From Bdellovibrionales bacterium (GTDB taxonomy: Bacteria; Bdellovibrionota; Bdellovibrionia; Bdellovibrionales; JAMPXM01), in the NCBI GenBank assembly GCA_043716655.1, contig JAYSYF010000092.1, positions 1 to 48,089 on the forward strand: 48,089 nt of DNA, written 5' to 3'. The notes under the pieces are model-generated. The model was not told the DNA's origin and did not search any database. It saw only the letters and a program-made list of their open reading frames with translations. The translations under genes and the position numbers were made by a program. The first letter of the stretch is position 1. Each line of letters begins with the position of its first letter. Below, piece after piece: positions 25,764 to 34,798 of this stretch.

Positions 25764-26331
25764 GCCACGCCGTAACAAGCGCCCACCAAGAATGCCTTCG
25801 ACGAGAACTGCTTACGATCGCATGGTCGACTTACTTTCTCGACGCGATCATTCGATACTCGAACTCAAGACCAAGCTGAAAAAAGCCGGTCATCTTCCCG
25901 AAGAAATCGAAAGCGCCCTCGAGACCGCACATCTGCACAAGTGGCTGCCGGATGAAACCGTTCTCGCGACACGCGAAGCCGGCCGTCTGGCTCGCGCCGG
26001 AAAATCACCTTCGCAAATTAATTCTTGGCTGAAGAAAAAGGGTCTCCCGACAAAAGGTATCATCATCGAAGAAGACGAAGATGAAAGTGCCTATAAGGCG
26101 GCCATGAAATCGTGGTCCCGACTCGTCAGGACTGCGGTCCGCGATGTCGAAAAGGCAGCGAAAAAAAAGGCGTCCGGCGCCAAAAGGAGCAGTTGGGGCT
26201 ATTCGGCAGGGAGCGGAACCGTCGAAGGTTCGCTAAAAACTCGACTTATGAGGCTCCTCATCAGCCGAGGGTTCTCTAGTTCGACGGCGCAGAAGGTCTT
26301 TTCTCGCCTCTTGAGTGAAAATCCGCTTTAA
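25732..26331 (+). CDS. recX: RecA regulator RecX
   Basis: AYDRMVDLLSRRDHSILELKTKLKKAGH... is a repeated three-helix RecX-like pattern. It sits directly upstream of alaS, as in many genomes. Start is ATG 25732 or 25747, both overlapping the pilT 3' end. Confidence 0.7.
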   Translation: MTVVPMETTTKPRRNKRPPRMPSTRTAYDRMVDLLSRRDHSILELKTKLKKAGHLPEEIESALETAHLHKWLPDETVLATREAGRLARAGKSPSQINSWLKKKGLPTKGIIIEEDEDESAYKAAMKSWSRLVRTAVRDVEKAAKKKASGAKRSSWGYSAGSGTVEGSLKTRLMRLLISRGFSSSTAQKVFSRLLSENPL

Positions 26332-26340
26332 TAGCGGACT

Positions 26341-29055
26341 ATGAAATCACGTGAAATTCGCCAGCTCTATTTCGACTATTTCGTAAAAAACGGCCACCAA
26401 CAGGTTGCCTCGAGTTCTCTCGTTCCCGACAACGATCCGACGTTGCTTTTTACCAACGCCGGAATGAACCAATTCAAAAACATGTTCTTGGGTCTTGAGA
26501 AGCGATCTTACGCGCGTGCCGTGACTTCACAGAAATGCGTTCGCGCCGGCGGTAAACACAACGATCTCGAAAACGTTGGCTTTACGGCCCGTCACCACAC
26601 GTTTTTCGAAATGCTTGGCAATTTTTCTTTCGGCGAATATTTTAAGAAAGATGCAATTCGTTTTGCGTGGGAACTTCTCACGAAAGAATTGCAGATCCCG
26701 AAGGATCGCCTTTACGTCACCGTTTTTGAAACGGACGACGAAGCGGCAGACATTTGGCACAAACAAGAGGGCGTTCCTCGCGACCGCATCTATCGTCTCG
26801 GCGAAAAAGATAACTTCTGGAGAATGGGCGACACCGGGCCGTGCGGACCTTGCTCGGAAATATTCTACGACCACGGACCAGAGGCCGATCTCGATCCCGC
26901 AAATCCATCGGTCATGGGTGGCGAGGGCGATCGCTTTGTCGAAATTTGGAATAACGTCTTCATGCAATACAATGAAAGTGCAACCGGACGCAGTGAACTT
27001 CCGAAACCTTCGGTCGATACCGGCGCCGGTCTCGAACGCTGGGCAGCCATGCTTCAGGGGCGACCGAATAACTATGACACCGATCTGTTCATGCCGATCA
27101 TTTCTAAAGCGGCGCAGATTTCCAAAAAAGATTACGTCAGCGACTACAAAGTTTTAGCAAAACACAAAGACATCGCCGAGCAAGTGGCTGCGATGCGTGT
27201 TCTTGCCGATCATTCGCGCGCAACGGCGTTCCTCATCACTGATGGCGTTTTGCCTTCGAACGAAGGACGCGGCTATGTGCTTCGTCGAATCATGCGTCGA
27301 GCGATTCGTTATGGCCGAAAACTTTCGGGCGATTCAAGTCTGTTCGTTCAGACGATTCAAGTCGTAGTCGATGAGATGAGCGACATTTATCCGGAATTGA
27401 AACGCAGTCGCGATCACGTTCTAAAAACAGTGAAAGATGAAATCACGAGATTCCTGACAACACTCGATTCGGGCACCGAGATCTTAAACGACTCTTTAGC
27501 AAAACTCGGCAATCGCGGAGTGAAAACTCTCGATGGCGCAACCATTTTCAAGCTTTACGACACGTTCGGTTTTCCTATGGATCTGACGAAGTTGATGGCG
27601 ACCGAAAAAGGATTCGCAATTGATGAAGCTGGTTTCGAAAAACATATGGATGAAGCGCGCGACAAAGCGCGTGGTGCCGGCGGATCGAAGTTCAAAGCTT
27701 CGGTCGATGCTGCGCACATCGTGAAGATCGCGCAGGAAGTGAAATCTAAGTCCGGCGCGACGCCATTTACTGGCTACACCTCGACAAGTGGAAACGGAAA
27801 AGTGCTGCTCCTTTCAAACGGCAAAGCTCAAGTGAAGTCGTTGAAAACCGGAGACGAAGGTTTCGCGATTCTCAGCACAACTTCATTCTATGGCGAAAGC
27901 GGCGGACAAGCTGGCGATCGCGGTGTGCTGACAACTGCGAAAGGCCTGAAGGCCGAAGTTTTTGAAACGACAAAACAAGACGACGTCGTTCTTCATCACA
28001 TTCGTGTCGCTGCCGGTACGATTGAAGAAGGTGCCGACACCGTTCTCGCGGTTGAAGAAAGCGCCCGTCGCGCGACTGCGAACAACCACTCGGCGACTCA
28101 CCTTCTGCATGCAGCACTGAGAAAAGTTCTGGGCTCGCACGTGACTCAAGCGGGAAGTCTCGTCGACTCGGAACGCCTGCGTTTCGATTTCACTCACGGC
28201 AAGGCTCTCACTCGCGAAGAACTTCGCCAAGTCGAAGACCTCGTGAATCTTGAAATCGGTGCTGCTCGTTCTGTCGAAATGAATGAAATGTCGCACAAAG
28301 ATGCGATGGCTAAAGGTGCCATGGCGTTGTTCGGTGAAAAGTACGGCGACCGCGTTCGCGTGATTCGCATGGGCGATTTTTCGACCGAACTTTGCGGTGG
28401 AACTCACGTTGCGAACACATCGCTCATCCGACTCTTCAAGATTCTAAGCGAAGGCGGAGTTTCTGCAGGTGTCCGTCGTATTGAAGCAACGACCGGCGAA
28501 AAAGCTTTAAACTATTTGATGGATGCGACTTTTGAGAATCTGCAAGCACGCGAAGTTGCGGGTCTTCAGGGTACACCTGGTACCGTTGCACAATTCATCG
28601 AGTCCATGCGCGATAAAGTAAAAGAGCTCGAACGCGAAGTTAAGAAGATGAAGGGTTCTGCTATCGACGCCGACCAGATCTTGAGCGGCGCTCGTCCGTT
28701 CTCGGTCAAAGGACCAAAGGGCGATTCGAACGGAAAATTCATTGCGGCGTCGGTTGAAATTGACGATCGCGATGTACTCTCGCAACTCGGAGACAAACTG
28801 CGCGACAAACTCGGAAGCGGCGTCGTTGTCCTCGTCGGACGCGGGCCCGACGGCGCAGCGGGTGGCAAACATCCGATCATCGTCACGGTCTCGAAAGACC
28901 TGACGGCGAATTTGTCTGCCGGAAAGATTCTGGCTGAAGTCGCGAAAGAAATGGGCGGCAAAGGCGGCGGTCGTCCCGACTTTGCACAGGGCGCCGGCGA
29001 GACATTGTCGAAAACAAACGACGCTTTTGCCAAAGCCGCAGCCATGTTGTCTTAG
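26341..29055 (+). CDS. alaS: alanine--tRNA ligase
   Basis: 904 aa: FTNAGMNQFK, KCVRAGGKHNDLENVG, the editing-domain HSATHLLH...CGGTHV motif, and a C-terminal DHHA1 domain. Confidence 0.98.
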   Translation: MKSREIRQLYFDYFVKNGHQQVASSSLVPDNDPTLLFTNAGMNQFKNMFLGLEKRSYARAVTSQKCVRAGGKHNDLENVGFTARHHTFFEMLGNFSFGEYFKKDAIRFAWELLTKELQIPKDRLYVTVFETDDEAADIWHKQEGVPRDRIYRLGEKDNFWRMGDTGPCGPCSEIFYDHGPEADLDPANPSVMGGEGDRFVEIWNNVFMQYNESATGRSELPKPSVDTGAGLERWAAMLQGRPNNYDTDLFMPIISKAAQISKKDYVSDYKVLAKHKDIAEQVAAMRVLADHSRATAFLITDGVLPSNEGRGYVLRRIMRRAIRYGRKLSGDSSLFVQTIQVVVDEMSDIYPELKRSRDHVLKTVKDEITRFLTTLDSGTEILNDSLAKLGNRGVKTLDGATIFKLYDTFGFPMDLTKLMATEKGFAIDEAGFEKHMDEARDKARGAGGSKFKASVDAAHIVKIAQEVKSKSGATPFTGYTSTSGNGKVLLLSNGKAQVKSLKTGDEGFAILSTTSFYGESGGQAGDRGVLTTAKGLKAEVFETTKQDDVVLHHIRVAAGTIEEGADTVLAVEESARRATANNHSATHLLHAALRKVLGSHVTQAGSLVDSERLRFDFTHGKALTREELRQVEDLVNLEIGAARSVEMNEMSHKDAMAKGAMALFGEKYGDRVRVIRMGDFSTELCGGTHVANTSLIRLFKILSEGGVSAGVRRIEATTGEKALNYLMDATFENLQAREVAGLQGTPGTVAQFIESMRDKVKELEREVKKMKGSAIDADQILSGARPFSVKGPKGDSNGKFIAASVEIDDRDVLSQLGDKLRDKLGSGVVVLVGRGPDGAAGGKHPIIVTVSKDLTANLSAGKILAEVAKEMGGKGGGRPDFAQGAGETLSKTNDAFAKAAAMLS

Positions 29056-29169
29056 TCGATAAGACTCAGATTGTAGTGCCACAGTTTGTGAGCTGCGAAC
29101 TGGTTTAAAGTCGTGCGGAAAACCTGATTGCCGACAGGGCTCTCAGTCTTTGTGCGATGCTGATCACGC

Positions 29170-30012
29170 ATGAAGACAAAAAGTAAACACAGCGCTGGTT
29201 TTTCTCTCGTAGAAGTCATGATTGCCGTCGGAATCTTGGGCGTCGTCTCGGTTGGAATGGCCTCGCTGTTCACCACTCAGCAGCAAGAATTTAAGGCGCT
29301 GGCGCAAAAAGCAGACACCATCGAGCTTCGAAATCGTGTGATGAACAATCTGATGCGACCCGCAGTCTGTGCGTGGCAGCTTGCAGGAAAAGTAATTGAT
29401 CTCTCGACGACAACAACGACGGTGCCTAGTCCGACCGTTATCGATTTTGGCGTGGTCCCATTGTACGAAGGACTGGATGCAACTTCTGGCATCCTCGCGC
29501 AATCTGGAAACACAGTTATGTACACGCACGGTGGAATTGTCGTCGACAAAGTTCTGTTCAAGGACATTCTCTCGACAGGAATTCCGAACGAATACAACGG
29601 CATCATCGAGATTCAATTTCAATCGACGTCGATGATCCGGCCACTGCGCCCAATTCAGATCCAGCAAAAAATTACGACGAACAACGCGACGGCCACCGCA
29701 ACCATCACGACTTGCGGAACCGTTCTCGCCGGCAACAGTTCTTGGGTTCCGATTCCACTTGTCGGTGCTACGCAAGCGGCTACATACATCAGCTATATAT
29801 CTGGCGGCGGCCAACCCAGCGTCATTTGTCAAAACGCAGGTTTTCTTACGTTCGCAGGCGCCTGCCGATTCATAGATGCAGCGGCTCGAATGCACGAGGG
29901 CACGGTCGTGGCTAACACCGTTTCAGGTTACTGGACCCTGAGCTGCCATTACGGCGGCAACTCGTTTTATTTTTCAACCACAACCATGTCGGAAATTCTT
30001 TGTCTAAGATAA
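29170..30012 (+). CDS. prepilin-type N-terminal cleavage/methylation domain protein (type IV pilin / pseudopilin-like, 280 aa)
   Basis: MKTKSKHSAGFSLVEVMIAVGILGVVSVG is a class III signal sequence (G/FSLVE). The C-terminal half is Cys-rich. Confidence 0.75.
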   Translation: MKTKSKHSAGFSLVEVMIAVGILGVVSVGMASLFTTQQQEFKALAQKADTIELRNRVMNNLMRPAVCAWQLAGKVIDLSTTTTTVPSPTVIDFGVVPLYEGLDATSGILAQSGNTVMYTHGGIVVDKVLFKDILSTGIPNEYNGIIEIQFQSTSMIRPLRPIQIQQKITTNNATATATITTCGTVLAGNSSWVPIPLVGATQAATYISYISGGGQPSVICQNAGFLTFAGACRFIDAAARMHEGTVVANTVSGYWTLSCHYGGNSFYFSTTTMSEILCLR

Positions 30013-30016
30013 CGAC

Positions 30017-33000
30017 CTAGTGGGCAGCGGCTACTTTCGGAATTTTTCCGAACGATTCGATGCACGAAAATCCGCGCGCAACTCCAGCCTTCACAGTTTC
30101 GACACCCTTCTCGACGACGAAGCGCACTTTGTCGCCCGTCGAGAGATTTACATTCTTTCCGAACTCTTCTGCACGCGCCGTCGCAAGCATCGTCAGTCGG
30201 TCACGTGGGCTCCTAAAACTCGCCGTCATTAACTCGGGTGCGTTCTCTTTAATAACTCCGAGGTATTGGTTGTGCTGCACGACGGCTCGAGCGAAGTCGA
30301 AGTACTGAATCGACATCGGGTGCCCGATTTCTTCGAGCGCCGATAGCAACGAGTAGTAAGACGCCAGTGGCGATCGGTTGGTCGCCGGATATGATTTCGC
30401 CAATAGCTTTCGCAGCAGTGAACTTTTCGCCACCGGCAACTCGAGCTTTTCTAAAATAAGTTTGGCTGCCCAGTCGGTCGAGCCATAGCGGTCCATGATT
30501 CCCGAGATAGCAAAAAGGTCCACCACTCTGTCACGTTCGGCTCTCGTGATTTGAAGCACTTGTCCAAAATCGATTGGTCGAAACGTGAGTTTACCGGACG
30601 GATCCGCGTGAATTTTAAAGTTACCGGGATGTCGGTCGGGATCGAACGTAATCACGTCTTGATCATTGAAAAGATTGTCACCTTCGATTTGCATGATTCG
30701 AAGTGCCGCACGACCTTTCGCTTCGGGCATCAAGTCATGAATCGAAGTGCCGTCGGCGTATTCAGATTTGATCATAGTTGCATCGACCAACTTTTCTTTT
30801 GGAACTTCGAAATCACTCAGTTTCGAGTACACCTCGCGTGTCGCATCGGCCGAGTTTCGCACTTCATTGTCCAACTTCAACTCGCGATGGATCGCTTCGC
30901 GAGACGCACGAATGATTGACCTCAGAACCGAGTACTTTGATCCATGTTGCTTCTTCAAGATGTCTGCCATCCCGTTCAGTCGATCGAACTGTTGATCGAC
31001 AGTGGCCGAAGCTTCCGCTCGAAGCACTTTCAAAACAAACGGATGTCCATCGTCGAGATCCAGCGCTTTCGCCGCATACTTGACCGACGCGGCTCCTAGC
31101 AAATCATCAAGTTTCCCAGGAATCGCTTCACCGTGCATGGCTTTCGAAATATCGGCGTACATTCGAGAACGCTTCGGTTTGTTCGCTTGATCCTGAAGTG
31201 TGCGAAGTGTCGCGTTGTCACTTTCAGGCAAAATATCCGCAGCGACGATGAACTGACCGATCTTCACGCCCGAAGCGCCCATCGCCTCGAGTACTTGTTT
31301 GAGGACGCGACCGTTCGACCCATCGCCGCCTTTCGACGCAAGCATATACGAGAGCACGAGAGTGCGTTGCGCTTTGTTGCCGGTTCCTCCGTCGAAGGAA
31401 CCTAAATAAGCTTCTAGAACTTCGCGCGCAATGGCTCTCGATTTCTCTCCCTCTTTACTCGCGGTTTTTCCGCCGCCAACGAGGTAGTCGACGATTGTTT
31501 TTCCCCACCCGTCTTTGACTGTGCCCTTCGGCATCAAGCCCGTACTCGAGTCGAGAATGTTATCTAAGAAGACGGCTTTTTGATATTCCGGCAACAGACT
31601 ATAAATTCGCTGAACGCGATCAGACCCGATGACGGGAAAGAGATCTTCAACAGTTTTGTTAGCGGGACGTTCGCCGCGGAGCCAGAGAATCATTTGCCAC
31701 TTTTCCTCTTTCGACAATCTCTGCACCGCTTCACTCAACGATGACAGAGTCCGCGTAGTCACATCGGCCTGGCCAACTCCGGTTGGTCCACGATATCGAT
31801 CGAGAAATCTTTCTTCAAACTGGCTCGTCTTCGCTTGATCGGCCACTTTTTCGATCATCGCATTGTATTCGGGACCGCGGCCCGAGAATTCAGCTTCAGA
31901 AAGGCGCGCAACTTCGCGAAGCGCCTTGGCCCGCTCGAGCTGAAGGTCACGGCTTGGCCGCAGTTCATTTGCCGTCTCAGCGAGAAGTTTCATTTCTTTC
32001 GTTCGATCCAGCCGCACCTTCAGCGTTTTCGCACGCAGCTGAGGCTCCCACAGCCGACCTTTTGTTAATCCGGATAGTCGAAACTTTTCGGCAGGATCCG
32101 CTGCGCTTTCAAAAAGTTTTCCGAACATTTGATCTGTCGTGTTCGTTACTCCGCGCCCAACAAATTTTTGCCACAACACCAGCTCGCCGGATCTATCCGT
32201 TGGCATAATTCCGAGCGATGACATCTTCTCGAGAATGCGTTTTTGAAGTTTCTCGGAATATTCTGGACGATACTCCCAGAGTTTTCCGTTCGCCTGCATT
32301 GTGGATTGTAGCGATTCGACGAGCACTCGGTCCAACTTGGTGTTGCCAGTGCCCATCGTATTCCAATAGTAGGGTCGGTTGAGCAGTAAATCGATGTCGT
32401 CTTTTGTTTGCAAAAGTCCCGGACGTTTTTCGATCCACTGATACAAATCCTTGAAAGGCCAGTCGGTCGGCTTAAGACCTTGGCGCTCAACAAATTCGGA
32501 CTGGATGTACGCATCCAATTCTTTTACGCTTTTGAATTTTTCTAGAGATGCCCAAAGTTTTGGATATGGATTTATCGCATCTCGGGTTTTCTGAAACACG
32601 GCTCTTTCTTTATTCGAAACCGGAGCGGGAAATGCGATCGTTCGCTCGAGGCTCATAATTCTAATTTTCGCAGGTTCTCCGCGATTTTCCGCAAGTGAGC
32701 TGATTGTTGACGATTGAAGGCGTCTCATTTCCTCGGCAGTTAAAACTTCCCGAGCGCCCATGAGTTCCGTGTGCGTGCGCCTGAAGAGTTCCGCCGCGCG
32801 CTCACCTCGAGCGCCTGGTTCTGCCGCAGCCGCCACCCACTGTTCAACGTACGGTTCGGTCATCTGAAAAAGTTTTCTGATTTGCGGGCCATGAATGCCT
32901 TGCTCAGTAACCTTTAACGGTTTCATTCGCGGCAGCGCACCGTCCGCAGGCTTGTCTAATAGCGGAGTCCGCGCAATTCCACGCATCAATTCTTCCGCCT

Positions 33001-34798
33001 TCACCATGATCGAATCGAGCGATTCTGTCGTCGACTCGACGGCGGTACGCGCGATCGAACTGTCAGTGCGGCTCTGCGCGAGCAACGCACGCTCGATCGA
33101 CGTCGAGAATCGCATGGTCGGAAATTGCTTTTTCGAGCTTGAAGCGAGTGACTCCATGGAATCGCGAAGCTCAGGGCCAAGTAGCATACTTTGCGGAATT
33201 TTTTCGATTTGCTTCACGATCGCAGTCATTTGTGCGTTTGGAATTCGAGGCATGAACTCTTCGACCAGTGTGTGCAAAAGTTTTTGCCGTGCCAGCGCCT
33301 CTTCACGCATTGGCTGAATAATTCTTGATTGAATGAGTTCCGCGGGAAAACCAGCGTCTTTTGCGATGTAAGCTAGGCTATCGACATGCTCAAAAGCCTT
33401 CAGAACCTTAGCGTTCATTTCCAGTGCGTTTGCCAACGAGCCGGTGCGATCGAATACACCTTTGCCTGCAAACTCTCGCTGAAGTGCGATGACGCGAGGG
33501 ACTCGACCTTCTACTAATTTTAGCACTGGATAATGTTCCGCCAGTAGCGCTCGCACTTTGCCAATCAGCTTATCCTCTTTCGATTGTCGGTATTTTGAGT
33601 GTCCCCATTTTAGACCGGCCGTTGACGACGCAAAAAGTGCTACGATTTGCGCGGCTTTCTCTGCGGGCATTTCTTTTAGAATCTGAATCAATTTAACAGC
33701 GCCGTCGGGAGCTTGACTGAGAAGTTCCCAAGCGGATGCGGCAATTGGCCCGACCGTATTTAAGCTGGCGTGAAAAATAGCGGCAAGCTGTGACGACTCT
33801 GGCGACATGAACAGTGCGAAAATCGCATCGCCAGCTGCGGCCGCCGTCGCGTACATGATGGGTTTGTAAATGTACGAGCGACGAAAGTACGGATTACCCA
33901 TCGCCTGATAAGTCATCATCTTCAGCTGCAGTGCTTTCATTCCGCCAGTGAACTCGGACTTTTTGCTTAAGACGTTCGAGAGATTTTCTGATTGCTGACG
34001 AAGTGTCACATACGACTTCATCGCGCTCATTCGAAGTTCCGAATCCGGATGCGAACGGACGAACGCCTTTAGATTCGCCATTCGCCTTTCCTCATTTGTA
34101 TAATTCATCGTTCTGCCTTCGGCGTGCATCGCCGCAATCCGTTTCATGGCGTCGTAACCACCCCACGGGTTGTAACCAGCTTGGATCAATCGATGTACCG
34201 ATCCGAGGTCAGCTCGCAATTCTTCGATATGTCCATTTCCCAGACTTGACGGCAATTTACTTAGAATTTCTTTTACACGGGCCGGATCTTTCGGAAGTTT
34301 GAACAGCGCGGAGTTCCCGTGTGTCAATTCATGACCCAAGATGAACGCGAGTTCATCTTCATTCCGTACGAGGCCAAGGAGTCCCGCGTTGATTTCGACT
34401 TCTGCGACTCCCGCAACAGTACGAATCGATGCATTGACGACAGGAGACGCATTGACGGTGACTTTGATTTTGGTTGGATCGCCCTCGATACCGAGACGAG
34501 TAAGTATCTCGATCACTTTCGCTTTGAGCTGCTTTCCGTGCCCTGCCATCAGCGCCCGCGCCGTTCGCGTTTGGATAACTTCGATTTCTAATTCAGGAGT
34601 AACCTCAGCGAGCGCTTTGAATTCAGCGGTTGGATTTACATCAGTCGAAGTAACTTCGACCGCAACGGGCGGAAGAAAGGATACTGCTTCTTCGGTCGCC
34701 GGTTTCACATTTGGTTCAACGGCCGGATCCGCAGCATGTGTGTTCGACGCGAACACGAGAGAGAAAATCAAAGTGAGATTCGTGAAGTATTTCATCAT
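30017..34798 (-). CDS. 1593-aa exported multidomain protein: N-terminal M48-like metalloprotease domain and C-terminal ABC1/UbiB-type atypical kinase domain
   Basis: Signal peptide MMKYFTNLTLIFSLVFASNTHA-AD. HELTH at 34319..34333, followed by EELRADLGSVHRLIQAGYNPWGG (M48 pattern). ABC1 motifs are VKIGQF...LRTLQD (about 31250), LLGAASVKYAAKA, VLKVLRAE, DRHPGNF (about 30620) and IDFGQV (30557..30574). Confidence 0.85.
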   Translation of the reverse strand: MMKYFTNLTLIFSLVFASNTHAADPAVEPNVKPATEEAVSFLPPVAVEVTSTDVNPTAEFKALAEVTPELEIEVIQTRTARALMAGHGKQLKAKVIEILTRLGIEGDPTKIKVTVNASPVVNASIRTVAGVAEVEINAGLLGLVRNEDELAFILGHELTHGNSALFKLPKDPARVKEILSKLPSSLGNGHIEELRADLGSVHRLIQAGYNPWGGYDAMKRIAAMHAEGRTMNYTNEERRMANLKAFVRSHPDSELRMSAMKSYVTLRQQSENLSNVLSKKSEFTGGMKALQLKMMTYQAMGNPYFRRSYIYKPIMYATAAAAGDAIFALFMSPESSQLAAIFHASLNTVGPIAASAWELLSQAPDGAVKLIQILKEMPAEKAAQIVALFASSTAGLKWGHSKYRQSKEDKLIGKVRALLAEHYPVLKLVEGRVPRVIALQREFAGKGVFDRTGSLANALEMNAKVLKAFEHVDSLAYIAKDAGFPAELIQSRIIQPMREEALARQKLLHTLVEEFMPRIPNAQMTAIVKQIEKIPQSMLLGPELRDSMESLASSSKKQFPTMRFSTSIERALLAQSRTDSSIARTAVESTTESLDSIMVKAEELMRGIARTPLLDKPADGALPRMKPLKVTEQGIHGPQIRKLFQMTEPYVEQWVAAAAEPGARGERAAELFRRTHTELMGAREVLTAEEMRRLQSSTISSLAENRGEPAKIRIMSLERTIAFPAPVSNKERAVFQKTRDAINPYPKLWASLEKFKSVKELDAYIQSEFVERQGLKPTDWPFKDLYQWIEKRPGLLQTKDDIDLLLNRPYYWNTMGTGNTKLDRVLVESLQSTMQANGKLWEYRPEYSEKLQKRILEKMSSLGIMPTDRSGELVLWQKFVGRGVTNTTDQMFGKLFESAADPAEKFRLSGLTKGRLWEPQLRAKTLKVRLDRTKEMKLLAETANELRPSRDLQLERAKALREVARLSEAEFSGRGPEYNAMIEKVADQAKTSQFEERFLDRYRGPTGVGQADVTTRTLSSLSEAVQRLSKEEKWQMILWLRGERPANKTVEDLFPVIGSDRVQRIYSLLPEYQKAVFLDNILDSSTGLMPKGTVKDGWGKTIVDYLVGGGKTASKEGEKSRAIAREVLEAYLGSFDGGTGNKAQRTLVLSYMLASKGGDGSNGRVLKQVLEAMGASGVKIGQFIVAADILPESDNATLRTLQDQANKPKRSRMYADISKAMHGEAIPGKLDDLLGAASVKYAAKALDLDDGHPFVLKVLRAEASATVDQQFDRLNGMADILKKQHGSKYSVLRSIIRASREAIHRELKLDNEVRNSADATREVYSKLSDFEVPKEKLVDATMIKSEYADGTSIHDLMPEAKGRAALRIMQIEGDNLFNDQDVITFDPDRHPGNFKIHADPSGKLTFRPIDFGQVLQITRAERDRVVDLFAISGIMDRYGSTDWAAKLILEKLELPVAKSSLLRKLLAKSYPATNRSPLASYYSLLSALEEIGHPMSIQYFDFARAVVQHNQYLGVIKENAPELMTASFRSPRDRLTMLATARAEEFGKNVNLSTGDKVRFVVEKGVETVKAGVARGFSCIESFGKIPKVAAAH

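Noticed and set aside
29101-29116. sigma54-like TGGTTT...TGC upstream of the pilin-like gene
   Set aside because: The GG to GC spacing is N11 instead of the required N10, and the -24 element is poor.
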